A stretch of DNA of 64,000 nucleotides from an uncultured Gemmatimonadales bacterium (GTDB taxonomy: Bacteria; Gemmatimonadota; Gemmatimonadetes; Gemmatimonadales; GWC2-71-9). The notes beneath the pieces were generated by a model. That model had not been told where the DNA came from, searched no databases, and was given only the letters and a program-made list of their open reading frames with translations. A program made the position numbers and the translations under genes. How positions within the stretch are numbered: the first letter of the stretch is position 1; every line of letters begins with the position of its first letter. This document shows, in pieces, positions 49,813 to 60,473 of the stretch. Where the stretch lies: contig CAVUAK010000001.1 of assembly GCA_963739455.1 (NCBI GenBank), forward strand, positions 896,001 to 960,000. The letters run 5' to 3'.

Positions 49813-49864
49813 ATACAGTGTGTGGCCCGGCGCGTCAAGCTGCGAGGACGCTTAGACTGAGAGG

Positions 49865-50179
49865 ATGAAGCTCATCATGCCGGCTCTCTTCGGCTCCCTA
49901 CTGGTTGCCGCCCTGCTGGCCCCGCCGTGGCGCATGACCTGGATCGCGGATGGCGAAGCGCCCGCGAGTCTTGCCCGCCCCACGACCTGGGACGGCTTTC
50001 ACCGCTGGAGCTATCGTGGAGACCACCCGACCAGCGTCACCGCATGGGACGGCCCGAACGGCGGCGGCAAGGTCACCTTCACCGGGCACCCGAAGACGGA
50101 CCTCGGCACATGGTCCGTCCTCATCGGGTGCGCCGCCGCGGGCCTCTATTTCACGACCCGCGGGAAGCTGAAGCGCTGA
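49865..50179 (+). CDS. Small membrane hypothetical protein
   Basis: Hydrophobic N- and C-terminal segments; TAGACT 6 nt before ATG. Confidence 0.55.
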   Translation: MKLIMPALFGSLLVAALLAPPWRMTWIADGEAPASLARPTTWDGFHRWSYRGDHPTSVTAWDGPNGGGKVTFTGHPKTDLGTWSVLIGCAAAGLYFTTRGKLKR

Positions 50180-50182
50180 CGT

Positions 50183-50880
50183 TCAGGCCGGCTGCGGCAG
50201 GTAGCTGCCGGAAGAGAGGCCTGCCTTCACCTGCCTGGTCACGTCGTCGCCGAGCACCTCATCTGCACCCGCCTCCAGGCCATCGAGTGCCTGGATGACG
50301 ATTTCCTCGGCGGTCGCCTTGGGCGCATCGAGCCCTCGCACGAGGTCGGTGTCGACGAAACCCATGTGCAACGCGAGCACCTGGGTGTTCTGGCCCTGAA
50401 GTTCATGCCGCAATGAATTGGTGAGCGACCAGGCGGCCGACTTGCTGGCGAGTAGGCCGCGAGGAAGCCGTTGTTGACCCAGGTCACGATGGACAGGACG
50501 TTGATGATTCCGCCACCACCATTGGCCGCGAGGATTGGGGCGAATGCCTTGCTCATCCTCAGGACGCCGAAATAGTTGGTCTCGAGCTGGCGGCGGGCGA
50601 CCTCTTCGCTGTCCGTCGCCAGGAATCCGCCAACTTGTCCAACCCCGGCATTGTTGATCACCAGCGTGACGTCCCCGAGTCGGGCGGCGGCAGCGGCAAT
50701 CTGTTCCGGCCTGGTGACATCGAGTTGAATCGCTTCCACGCCGGGCTGGGTGACGCTCTTCGGATCGCGCGCCCCGGCGTAGACCTTCCGGGCGCCCCGT
50801 GCGAGCAGCTCGCGGGTAAAGGCGAGGCCGATGCCACGATTGGCACCGGTGACGAGAACAGTTGCGCCGTGGATCTTCAT
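50183..50880 (-). CDS. SDR family oxidoreductase (indel near 50450)
   Basis: TGANRGIG, NNAG, ETNYFG; YS.SK motif split across frames; HMGFVDTD. Confidence 0.9.
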
Positions 50881-50905
50881 GAGAGGCTCCTTGAGGTTAC
50901 GTGTA

Positions 50906-50924
50906 ATATGACAAGCATCATATT
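50906..50924. promoter_or_regulatory. TetR operator copy 1 (upstream of SDR)
   Basis: ATATGACAAGCATCATATT. Confidence 0.75.
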
Positions 50925-50961
50925 CATGAACGCAGCAACGTTGCGTCGTCGTGGGTCGGGC

Positions 50962-51546
50962 TCAGGCCGTTGACCGGTCGTGCGCCTGGAGGAGCGAGCT
51001 GCGCGCCGAGGCCAGCAGGCTGCGGCCCTCGGCGTTGTTCCCCAGCGTGCGACCGAGCTGGAGTGTGCCGACCAGCGTGGCCGCGATCATCGTGGCGGTG
51101 GCCCCGGAGGCCGACGGCAGCGTGCCATGCACCGCCGCGATCAGTTGCTGCACGCCCCTCGCCGACGCCTTGCGTACGTTCCGCGATTGCCGCGGCATGT
51201 CGCAGCCGAGCGCCGCAATGGGACAGCCGATCTCGAGCCTGTCCAGGTGCTCGTCGGCGAGATAGGTCTCCACCAGCGCCCGGAAGGGCGTGACGCCCGG
51301 CTTGGCGGCCTGGATCGCCCGCAATACCACCGCCTGGCTTTCCCGGCCGGCCTGTTCGAGCGCCTCGACCAGCATGGCATCGCGCGAGCCGAAGTGCGCG
51401 TAGAAGCCGCCATGGGTCAGGCCGGCGTCCTTCATCACCGCTGCGACGCCGGTGCCGGCATAGCCGTGCCGCCGCAGTGCCCGCGCCGCAACATCCACGA
51501 TCCGGTCGTGGGTCTCTTCCTTCTTGGTGTGCGACGCGCGAGCCAT
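50962..51546 (-). CDS. TetR/AcrR family regulator
   Basis: VMKDAGLTHGGFYAHF, GCPIAAL. Confidence 0.93.
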   Translation of the reverse strand: MARASHTKKEETHDRIVDVAARALRRHGYAGTGVAAVMKDAGLTHGGFYAHFGSRDAMLVEALEQAGRESQAVVLRAIQAAKPGVTPFRALVETYLADEHLDRLEIGCPIAALGCDMPRQSRNVRKASARGVQQLIAAVHGTLPSASGATATMIAATLVGTLQLGRTLGNNAEGRSLLASARSSLLQAHDRSTA

Positions 51547-51560
51547 GCGATCCCCCTGTT

Positions 51561-51579
51561 ATATGACAGGCATCATATT
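51561..51579. promoter_or_regulatory. TetR operator copy 2 (upstream of TetR)
   Basis: ATATGACAGGCATCATATT, 18/19 identical to 50906-50924. Confidence 0.75.
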
Positions 51580-51596
51580 ACAGCGCGCCTCGATTG

Positions 51597-52859
51597 TCAA
51601 ACCCGGCAGGTTCCGGCCCGGGCCAGCAGCAGGGCCTGCTCACGCGCGTTCTTCGTCAGCGACGCGGCCCGCTCGAATTCGGCCCTGGCTTCCTCCTTCC
51701 GGCCCAGCCTCAGCAGCAGGTCGCCCCGAACGCTCGGCAGCAGGTGATAGCCCCTGAGTGACGGCTCCGAGACCAGCTCGTCCACCAGCTCGAGTCCCGC
51801 GGCGGGTCCGAACGCCATCGAGAGAGCCACGGCGCGGTTGAGGTCCACCACTGGCGATGGCGTGATCCGGGCCAGCGCATCGTAGAGGGCCGCGATGCGG
51901 ATCCAGTCGGTCTCCTCCGCCACGACGGCCCGGGCATGACACGCCGCGATCGCCGCTTGCAACGCATATGGTCCCTGCGCGCCACCGAGCGCCGCGGCGC
52001 GCTCCAGTGCCGCCAGCCCGCGACCGATGAGTACGCGATCCCACTTCGCGCGGTCCTGGTCGAGCAGCAGGATCGGTTCACCCGACGCGTTCACTCGCGC
52101 CCGCGAGCGTGACGCCTGGATCTCCATGAGTGCGACGAGCCCATGCACCTCAGGCTCGTTGGGCGCGAGCTCGGCCAGTACCCGTCCGAGGCGCAGTGCG
52201 TCCTCACAGAGCGCAGGCCGCATCCAGTCGTCACCCGCCGTTGCCGAGTAGCCCTCGTTGAATACCAGGTAGATGACTTCGAGCACTGACGCGAGCCGAG
52301 CCTCGAGCTCCGGTCCGCGTGGAACCTCGAACGGCGCCTTCGCCTCAGTCAGCGTCTTCTTTGCCCGGACGATCCGCTGCGCAATAGTCGGGATGGGAAC
52401 GAGAAACGCCCGCGCGATCTCATCGGTAGTGAGCCCGCCCAGGAGGCGAAGCGTCAGGGCCACGCGGGCCTCGGTGGAGAGCACTGGGTGGCAGGCGATG
52501 AACATGAGGCGGAGCAGGTCGTCGCCGACGTGATCGTCGAGTGCCGCGTCGAGGTCGGGTACGGCGAGTTCCTGCGCCGCCTCCAGTTCGTGGCCCAGCG
52601 CTTCGTGCTTCAGCGCGAGTCGCTTGTCGCGGCGGAAAAGGTCGATCGCGCGCCGCTTGGCCGTAGTCATCAGCCAGGCGCCGGGGTTGTCGGGAACGCC
52701 CGAGCCGGGCCAGCGCTCGAGTGCGATGAGGAGCGCATCCTGCGCCAGGTCCTCGGCGATGCCGACATCACCCACCATGCGGGTGAGGCCGGCAATCAGC
52801 TTCGCCGATTCGATGCGCCAGACGGCATTGATGGCGCGATCGGTCTCGCTGGTTGTCAC
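51597..52859 (-). CDS. ECF sigma factor with C-terminal TPR extension (ECF42 type)
   Basis: AEDLAQDA, PGAWL, LRLMFIACHP, IAQRIVRAK, YLVFNEGY, YALQAAIAACH, SPVVDLNRAVA; adjacent DGPF genes. Confidence 0.92.
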   Translation of the reverse strand: MTTSETDRAINAVWRIESAKLIAGLTRMVGDVGIAEDLAQDALLIALERWPGSGVPDNPGAWLMTTAKRRAIDLFRRDKRLALKHEALGHELEAAQELAVPDLDAALDDHVGDDLLRLMFIACHPVLSTEARVALTLRLLGGLTTDEIARAFLVPIPTIAQRIVRAKKTLTEAKAPFEVPRGPELEARLASVLEVIYLVFNEGYSATAGDDWMRPALCEDALRLGRVLAELAPNEPEVHGLVALMEIQASRSRARVNASGEPILLLDQDRAKWDRVLIGRGLAALERAAALGGAQGPYALQAAIAACHARAVVAEETDWIRIAALYDALARITPSPVVDLNRAVALSMAFGPAAGLELVDELVSEPSLRGYHLLPSVRGDLLLRLGRKEEARAEFERAASLTKNAREQALLLARAGTCRV

Positions 52860-53578
52860 CAGAGGCGACGGATATCGATTTCCACGTCACCGATGACCTT
52901 GGCGAAGCGGTCGGACCAGTAAATCGCCTCGTCGACCGACTTCACGTCCAGGATCACGTATCCCGCGATCAATTCCTTCGACTCGGCGAAGGGACCATCG
53001 GTGACGGTTCGCCTGTTCCCCGTGTAGTGGAGGCGTGTCGCCTTCGCGCTCGGCTCGAGGCCCCCACTCTGGATGAACACGCCCGCCGCCGTCATGTCGG
53101 CCACCAGTGTCTTCATGCCGGCGTCGATGATGGGAGAGTACCCCATCCCGGCCTCTGACTTCGCGTCCGCCTTCTGCACGATCATGAAGCGAGTGGTCGG
53201 GTCATCGGCCGGCTTCTGTCCGTAGCCCAGGTCCCACATCTCGCACACCGGGCGGATGTCGAGTTCGCTGTCACCGATCAGGTCGCCGTACCGGGTGGCC
53301 CACTCGATCGCTTCCTCCAGGGTGCGGGTGCGCACCATGCAGAATCCGCTGATGAGCTCGTTGGCACCCTTGAAAGGGCCCTTGGTGACGGTGCACCGCC
53401 CACCGGAGAAATTGAGGCGGACGCCGGTGGAGCTTGGGCGCAATCCTTCACCCGACTCGAGGATGCCGGCCCTGGCCATGTCGTCCATCAGCGGGCCCAT
53501 GCCGGCCATCAACTCGGGAGTCGGGAGGGCGCCGGCCTCGGTGGCGGCGTCGGTCTTGTGCATGCTCATGATGCGCAT
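52856..53578 (-). CDS. Tandem YciI/DGPF domain protein
   Basis: KGPFKGANELISGF and DGPFAESKELIAGY. Confidence 0.9.
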   Translation of the reverse strand: MRIMSMHKTDAATEAGALPTPELMAGMGPLMDDMARAGILESGEGLRPSSTGVRLNFSGGRCTVTKGPFKGANELISGFCMVRTRTLEEAIEWATRYGDLIGDSELDIRPVCEMWDLGYGQKPADDPTTRFMIVQKADAKSEAGMGYSPIIDAGMKTLVADMTAAGVFIQSGGLEPSAKATRLHYTGNRRTVTDGPFAESKELIAGYVILDVKSVDEAIYWSDRFAKVIGDVEIDIRRLW

Positions 53579-53580
53579 GA

Positions 53581-54012
53581 TCAGGCTCCCTGGCCGGCGC
53601 GCTTCCGGAACGCATCCTCGGCCTCGAGGAGCGCCCGGCCCGCGTCGGTCTTGATGACTGGCTCGAAGTCGGCCGAGTCGAACACCTGCCGGATCTCTAT
53701 CTCTCCCACGCAGGGCGGGCAGCGCTTGAACCAGGCAACGCACTCGTCCATGGACTTCATCTGCACCATCCAGAAGCCGGCCAGCAGTTCCTTCGTCTCG
53801 GCGAATGGGCCGTCGGTGATCGTGGGCTTCGCGCCGACGGCGAACTTCATGCGCTTGCCCTTCGCACTCGACTGCAGTCCCTCGCCCGCCAGCATGACGC
53901 CGGCCTTGATCAGTTCATCGTTGAACTTGCCCATCTCGAGCAGCTCCTTCTCGTCGGGGAGGACCCCCGCCTCGGAGTCCTTGTTGGCCTTGACCAGCAC
54001 CATGAATCGCAT
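53581..54012 (-). CDS. YciI/DGPF family protein
   Basis: DGPFAETKELLAGFW, EIEIRQVF. Confidence 0.93.
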   Translation of the reverse strand: MRFMVLVKANKDSEAGVLPDEKELLEMGKFNDELIKAGVMLAGEGLQSSAKGKRMKFAVGAKPTITDGPFAETKELLAGFWMVQMKSMDECVAWFKRCPPCVGEIEIRQVFDSADFEPVIKTDAGRALLEAEDAFRKRAGQGA

Positions 54013-54064
54013 CGTGTATTCTCCTCCGGGGTGTGAAAACTGGGCTCAGTGGTTCTACAGTCAC

Positions 54065-54091
54065 GACGAACAGGCATTGGCGAAATCGACA
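54065..54091 (-). promoter_or_regulatory. ECF42-type promoter
   Basis: Minus strand TGTCGA-TTTCGCCAATGCCTGTT-CGTC upstream of the DGPF-DGPF-ECF operon. Confidence 0.8.
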
Positions 54092-54147
54092 TGTCAGCCA
54101 CAGTGCGCAGTCTTACGCAGTCAAGTTCCTCAGTTACATTGGGTTGC

Positions 54148-54775
54148 ATGAAATCGGCACTTCGGGGGACCCTCGCCTCCGCGCTCCTGGTTCTCGTCGC
54201 CACCCTGAGTCTGGGTACCCCTGGGGCCGCCCAGTCGGCCGCCGCGCCGGCACACCCCGCCTACCTGCCCGCCGACGCCGAGTTCATGACCGGCATGATC
54301 GGTCACCATGCGCAGGCGATCCTCATTGCCGGCTGGGCACCTAGCGCACGGTGCCAGCCAGCCGATCCTCCTGCTCACCGAGCGGATCGTGTCGGGGCAG
54401 CAGGACGAGATCGACCTCATGAAGCGCTGGCTCTCCGATTTCGGCCAGCCGGTGCCCGAGGGCAAGGCTCACTACATGAGCGGCATGGACATGGGTGACA
54501 TGGGTCACGCGAGCATGCCCGGCATGCTGACCCAGGCCCAGCTCGAGCAGCTCGACGCCGCGCGGGGCCCCGAGTTCGACCGACTCTTCCTCACCTTCAT
54601 GATCCAGCACCATGAGGGCGCGATCGTGATGGTGAACCGGCTGTTCGGCCAGGGTGCCGGCGAGGAGGAGCGCTCCTTCCGGTTCGCCTCCGACGTCTAC
54701 GCCGACCAGACCACCGAGATCGACCGGATGCAGAAGATGCTGGCCGCCCTTCCTCCGTCCGGTGGCGGCCAGTGA
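54148..54775 (+). CDS. DUF305 ferritin-like protein (indel near 54343)
   Basis: ADAEFMTGMIGHHAQA, QQDEI..M..WL, MPGML, FDRLFL..MIQHHEGA. Confidence 0.9.
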
Positions 54776-54831
54776 AACTTCAGTCGCCAGCCATACGTCC
54801 AGCCGTCCCCGTCCCCCCACAGGAATCACCA

Positions 54832-56815
54832 ATGGCACTTGCAAGCGTCGTCCGCGTCCCAATGACATTCGTGATCGGCCTGGCGGCGCTCGCCGGGTGC
54901 TCGAAGTCATCGTCACCCGCCACGGGTGGCGGCATGTCGGCCGTGGCACCGAAGCCCGACCCCCGCGTCGGCCTCAAGGCCGGCATGTGGGACGCCGGCC
55001 AGGCTGCGTGGAACGTCCGGCTCGTGTCGACGACGCCGCCCTCGGAGAAGTTCGCCGGCGTCACCAATTCCGACCTCTCGTTCCTCAAGAACTACGCGAT
55101 CCAGGGCAACTACAACGGCTTCCAGGTGTGGGACATCACCAACCCGGCCGCCCCGACCCTGAAGCTCGGGTTCCTCTGCCCCGCGTCGCAGAGCGATGTC
55201 TCGGTCTACAAGAACCTGCTCTTCGTGTCGGGCGAGGGTAACTCGGGCCGCACCGACTGCGGCGCGCAGGGCGTGCACGACAGCGTGAGCGCCGACCGCC
55301 TGCGCGGCATCCGGATCTTCGATGCCACCGACATGGCGAACCCGAAGTACCTCGCCAACGTGCAGACCTGCCGTGGATCGCACACCCACACGGTGGTGGT
55401 CGACCCGAAGGATGCGGACAACGTCTACATCTACGTGTCCGGGTCGGCTGGCGTGCGGTCGCCGAGTGAGCTCCCGGGTTGCTCCAAGCTCGCGCCGGAC
55501 AAGGACCCGAACTCGGCGCTATTCCGCATCGAGGTGATCAAGGTGCCGCTGGCGCACCCGGAGCAGGCCGCGATCGTGAGCTCGCCGCGCATCTTCAACG
55601 ACCTCGTGGCGCCGCCAGTGCACGGCGAGGCGCCGCAGGATATCGCCGAGTCGAAGAAGGCTGCCGCCGAGGCCCGTGCCAAGGGCGGCTACACCGCCGA
55701 GATCGAGGGCACGGAGTACGTCCTCCCGTCGCAGTTCGTCGACCCGATGCTGGACAGCGTCATGAAGGCGCGTGGCGGCAGCGGCACGCCCACCGCGGCA
55801 GACAGCGCCGCGTTGCGCGCCGCCCTTCCGGCCATGATCGCGCAGCGGTTCGGGCCGCCTCCCGAGAAGGGTGCCGTCCGTCCCGGCCCGACGCAGTGCC
55901 ATGACATCACCGTCTATCCCGGCCATCGGCCTGGCCGGCGGCGCGTGCGGCGGCTACGGCCTGCTGCTCGACATCAAGGACGTTGCCAACCCGAAGCGGA
56001 TCGGCGCCGTGGCCGACTCCAACTTCTCCTACTGGCACTCGGCCACGTTCAACAACGACGGCACCAAGATCCTCTTCTCCGATGAGTGGGGCGGCGGTGG
56101 GCAGCCCAAGTGCCGCGCCACCGACAAGCCGGAGTGGGGCGCCGACGCGATCTTCACGCTGGTCGATGGCAAGATGGTGTTCCAGAGCTACTACAAGATG
56201 CCGGCCGCGCAGACCAAGTTCGAGAACTGCGTTGCGCACAACGGCTCGCTGATCCCGATCCCCGGCCGCGACGTGATGGTGCAGGCCTGGTACCAGGGCG
56301 GCATCTCGGTGTTCGACTGGACCGACCCGAAGAACCCGAAGGAAATCGGGTTCTACGACCGTGGCCCGGTTGATTCCACCAAGATGGGCAATGGCGGGTC
56401 GTGGTCGGTCTACTGGTACAACGGCCTGATGATCAGCTCCGAGATCGGTCGCGGTCTCGACATCTTCGAGCTGCTGCCGAGCGCGTTCATCTCGCAGAAC
56501 GAAATCGACGCGGCGAAGTCGGTGCACCTGGATTACTTCAACGCGCAGGACCAGCCGAAGATCACCTGGCCGCCAAGCTATGCGCTGTCCGGGGCGTTCC
56601 TCGATCAGCTCGGGCGGTCCGGTGGCCTGTCCGCGAGCAAGGTGGAAGGGGCCCAGAAGGCCCTGGCGGCCGCCAAGCTCCAGGTGGGTGGGGCGGAGAA
56701 GGATGCCCTGCTGAAGCTGTCGCAGTCGCTCGAGGCCGATGCCGCAGGGGCCAAGGACCCGGCCAAGGTGAAGACCCTGGTCCAGTCGCTGAAGGACCTG
56801 GCCGCGAAGAGCTGA
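54832..56815 (+). CDS. LVIVD-repeat beta-propeller lipoprotein (indel near 55920)
   Basis: LAGC lipobox, NSDLSF, VQTCRGSHTHT, CHDITV, YWHSATFNNDG, DEWGGG, NCVAHNG; usual partner of DUF305. Confidence 0.88.
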
Positions 56816-56857
56816 TCTGGAACTCGCCCATGTCCGGGCGTCGTTTCATGTAGCAGG

Positions 56858-56890
56858 TGGCCTGTCCGGCGATGCCGGGCAGGCCATTTT
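56858..56890 (+). terminator. Intrinsic terminator
   Basis: TGGCCTGTCCGGC-GAT-GCCGGGCAGGCCA-TTTT. Confidence 0.75.
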
Positions 56891-56908
56891 CACATCGAGG
56901 AGGTGCGT

Positions 56909-58680
56909 GTGACCGATCCTGCCCCGCAGAAGCCGGCGCACATCCGCGAGTTCACGCCGCGGTCGGTCGCCGTCGGTCTCCTGGTGGCCCTGATCATCGG
57001 CGCGTCGTATCCGTACGTCGTGCTGAAGTTCGGCTTCGGTCCGAACATCTCGGTCGTCTCCGCCTTCTTCGGCTTCCTCGCGCTCGGCATCTTCTCGAAG
57101 AGCTACAATCGCTGGGAGAACAACATCGTCCAGACGGCGGGCACCGCCGCCGGGCAGATCGCGTTCCTCTGCTGGCTGCTGGCCGCGTTCGACATGCTCG
57201 CCGCCGAGCCGGGCAGCGGGTTCAGCGTGCACCTCACGCGGGTGCAGACATGGATCTGGCTCTCGACGTCCGGCATTCTCGGCGTGTTCCTGGCCGTGCC
57301 GCTGCGCAAGCACTTCATCGACGACGAGAAGCTGCCGTTCCCCGACGGCATCGCCGCCGGCGAGACGCTCATCATGCTCGACGCGCGCGGCGAGCAGTCG
57401 CGGCGCTCGGCCTTCGCGATGGTCGGGTCGATGGTCTCGTCGGGCCTGCTCTTCTTCGCGACGCAGATTCGCTGGATCGCCGAACTTGATCGCGTTCCGG
57501 GTGAACACCTGGTCGCCGGTGGTGGGCCTCGGCTTCGGCATCTCGCTGCTCAACATCGGGTCCGGGCATCATCATCGGGCTCCGCATCACCGCGAGCATG
57601 CTGCTCGGCGGCCTGATCGCCTGGGTCATCGGGCCGGTGCTGGCTGCTCGATCACGGGCTGATCACCGAGTCGTCGCGGCGGGTGGACATCCTGCTGCTG
57701 GTGATGTGGCCCGGCGTCGGCATGCTCATCGCGGGCGGCATCTCCACGCTCGCTGCTTCGCTGGCGCGTGCTGGTGCGCACCTTCCAGAGCCTCGTCGAC
57801 CGGCGCAGACCTGAGCGGAGACCTCTCGCTCCGCTGGGTGGGGATCGGCAGCCTGTCGCGAGCATCGCCCTGGTACTGGTGCAGCGCGCCTTCTTCGGCA
57901 CGCCGGTGTGGCATTCGGCGCTGGCGATCCTGCTCGCGATTCCGCTCGGCCTCGTGGCGCTGCGCGTGCTCGGCGAGACGAACTGGGGACCGATCTCCAC
58001 GATGGCCAACCTGACGCAGGCACTGTTTGGCGTGATCGCGCCCGGCAACCTGAGCGCGAGCATGGTGTCGAGCGCCATCACGAGCGCGGTGGCCGCGGAG
58101 TCGGAAGGCCTGATGCAGGACTACAAGGCGGGCAGCATGATCGGCTCGACCCCGCGCATCCTCACCTACATGCAGCTCATCGCGGTGCCGGTGGGCGCGC
58201 TGGCGCTCGCGTTCATGTACCCGCTGCTGCGCGACACCTACGGCATCATCGGCGAGCATGCGCAGCTGAGCAGCCCGACGTCGCAGCGCTGGGTCGGCTT
58301 CGCGAAGATCGTCACGCAGCAGCTCACCGGCCCGGCGGCGCTGACGCCGGCGGCGATTGCCCGGCTCGAGTGGATGAAGTGGTCGTTCGGCGATCGGGGC
58401 GGCGTTCGGCGTGCTCTTCACGCTGCTGGAGCAGCGGAAGTCATGGCGACCGTTCGTGCCGTCGCCCACCGGCATGGGCATCGGCGTGCTGATCCCGATC
58501 AGCGCGGTCACGACGATCTTCCTCGGCGCGCTGGCCGACTGGATCTGGGAGAAGACGAGGCCGCAGGCGCACCAGCGCTATTCGATCGCCATCGCGTCGG
58601 GATTCATTGCCGGTGAGGCGATTGTGGCGGTCATCATCCCGTTGCTGGTGACGCTGGGCCTGATGAAGCTGGCGAGCTAG
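56909..58680 (+). CDS. OPT family oligopeptide transporter (several indels)
   Basis: FTPRSV..G, ENNIVQTAG, LPFPDG.A, GETNWGP, MQDYKAG, IASGFIAGE. Confidence 0.88.
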
Positions 58681-58702
58681 GCGCTGTCGAACTGAGGGAA
58701 GG

Positions 58703-59139
58703 ATGAACCCCTGATCATTCGCGACGCGACCCTGGGCGACGCCGCGCGCATCGCGGAGCTGAGCGGGATCCTCGGGTACCCGAACAGCGGTGCCGTGATC
58801 GCCGACCGGCTGAAGCGACTGCTTCCCCGGGCCGGCGAGCTCGTGCTCGTGGCCGACCAGTTGCCGCCCGTCGTGGCATGGGTGCACGCGGCGGAGCAGG
58901 AACTACTCGATTCCGGGCGCCGCTGCGAGATCCTCGGACTGGTGGTGGCCCCGGAGGTTCGGGGGCGCGGGGTGGGGCGCAAGCTCGTGGCCGCGGTCGA
59001 GGAGTGGGCAATGCAGCTCGGGATCCGGCAGCTCGCCGTGCGCAGCAACATCGTGCGCACCGAGTCGCATCCATTCTACGAAAGGCTGGGTTTCGTGAAG
59101 CTCAAGACCCAGCACGCCTACCGCAAGCAGCTCGCGTAG
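58703..59139 (+). CDS. GNAT acetyltransferase (start region frameshifted)
   Basis: IRDAT..DA..IAEL, LVV....RGRGVGRKL, RSN..R..SH.FYERLGF. Confidence 0.85.
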
Positions 59140-60465
59140 TGTCAGCGTCCGCGCTCGACCGCGCGCTCGGCCGGCGCGACCTCACCCTGTTCGCCATCAA
59201 CCGCGTCATCGGCGCCGGTATCTTCGGCATTCCGGCGGTTCTGTATGCTGGCGTTGGCCCCCTCAGCGTGGCCGCGTTCCTGCTTGCCGCGCTCATCATC
59301 TCGCTCATCACCCTCTGCTTTGCCGAAGTGGGCAGCGCCTACCGCGACACTGGCGGCCCGTATCTCTATGCGTATCGCACGTTCGGTCCGCTGGTCGGGT
59401 TCGAGGTCGGCTGGCTCATGTGGGTGACGCAGCTCGGCGGGTTCGCCACCGTCATCAACCTCTTCGTCAACTATGTGGGCTGGTTCCTGCCGTCGGCCAC
59501 GTCGGGACTTCCGCGCGCGGCGATCATCGCGACGGTTGCCATCGGCCTCACCGTCGTCAACGTGCTCGGCGTGCGGCGCGCCGCCACGATCAACAACATC
59601 CTCACGCTCGGCAAGCTGATCCCGCTCGCACTCTTCGTCGTCGTGGGCGCCTTCTTCGTGGAGACAAGCCGGTTCGCACTCACGAACCCGCCAACAGCGG
59701 TGGCCCTGTCCGGTGCGGTGCTGGTCGCCGTCTATGCGTTCAGCGGGTTCGAGGTGCTGGGCGTGCCCAGCGGGGAAATAGCGGACCCGGCGCAGGACGG
59801 TCCCGTTCGCGCTCCTGGCAGGGCTTGCTGTCGTGGCGGTGGTCTACGTCGGCGTGCAGGTGGTCACGATCGGTACGCTGCCCGATCTGGCCACGTCGTG
59901 CCCGGCCGCTGGCCGATGCCGCCGGGCGCATCTTCGGGCGGTCCGGGCGCCACGGTGATGGTGACGGGCGCGCTCCTCTCCACGCTTGGAGTCTCGCATG
60001 CGATCCTGCTCGCGGCGGGCCGGATGCCGTTCGCGATGGCGGAGCGGCGTCAGCTGCCGGCAACGATCGCGGCGGTGCACCCGTGTATCGGACGCCGTAC
60101 ATCGGGCTCATGCTGTCCGCGGCGGCGATGGCACTCTTCACCCTCGCCACCACCTTCACGTCGGCGCTCACGATCACGGTCGGGCTGCGCGTGATCATCT
60201 ACCTCGTCACCTGCGCGGCGCTCCCGATACTCCGGCGGCGCGCAGGGCAGGAGCGCGCGGCGTTCCGGGTGCCGGCGGGTGATGTCGTGGCGACGGTGTC
60301 GGTGGTTGCTTGCGCCGGCCTGCTCGCCATGCGGCCGTGGACCGAGATCCGGCAACTCATCATCGTGCTGGTGCTCGGGCTTCGTGTGTGGGCCGGTTGT
60401 GCGCCGCCGCGGTGGGAAACGAAGGTCGCGGACAGGCTGGTCAGCGCCCGGGCAGCGCGTCATAA
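59139..60465 (+). CDS. APC family amino acid permease (several indels; end approximate)
   Basis: IGAGIFG, CFAEVGS, GGPYLYA, YAFSGFE, YRTPY. Confidence 0.88.
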
Positions 60466-60473
60466 TTGCTGCC

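Noticed and set aside
58703..58714. ATG AAC CCC TGA as selenocysteine or readthrough
   Set aside because: The GNAT continues in a different frame, consistent with an indel in the C run, not readthrough
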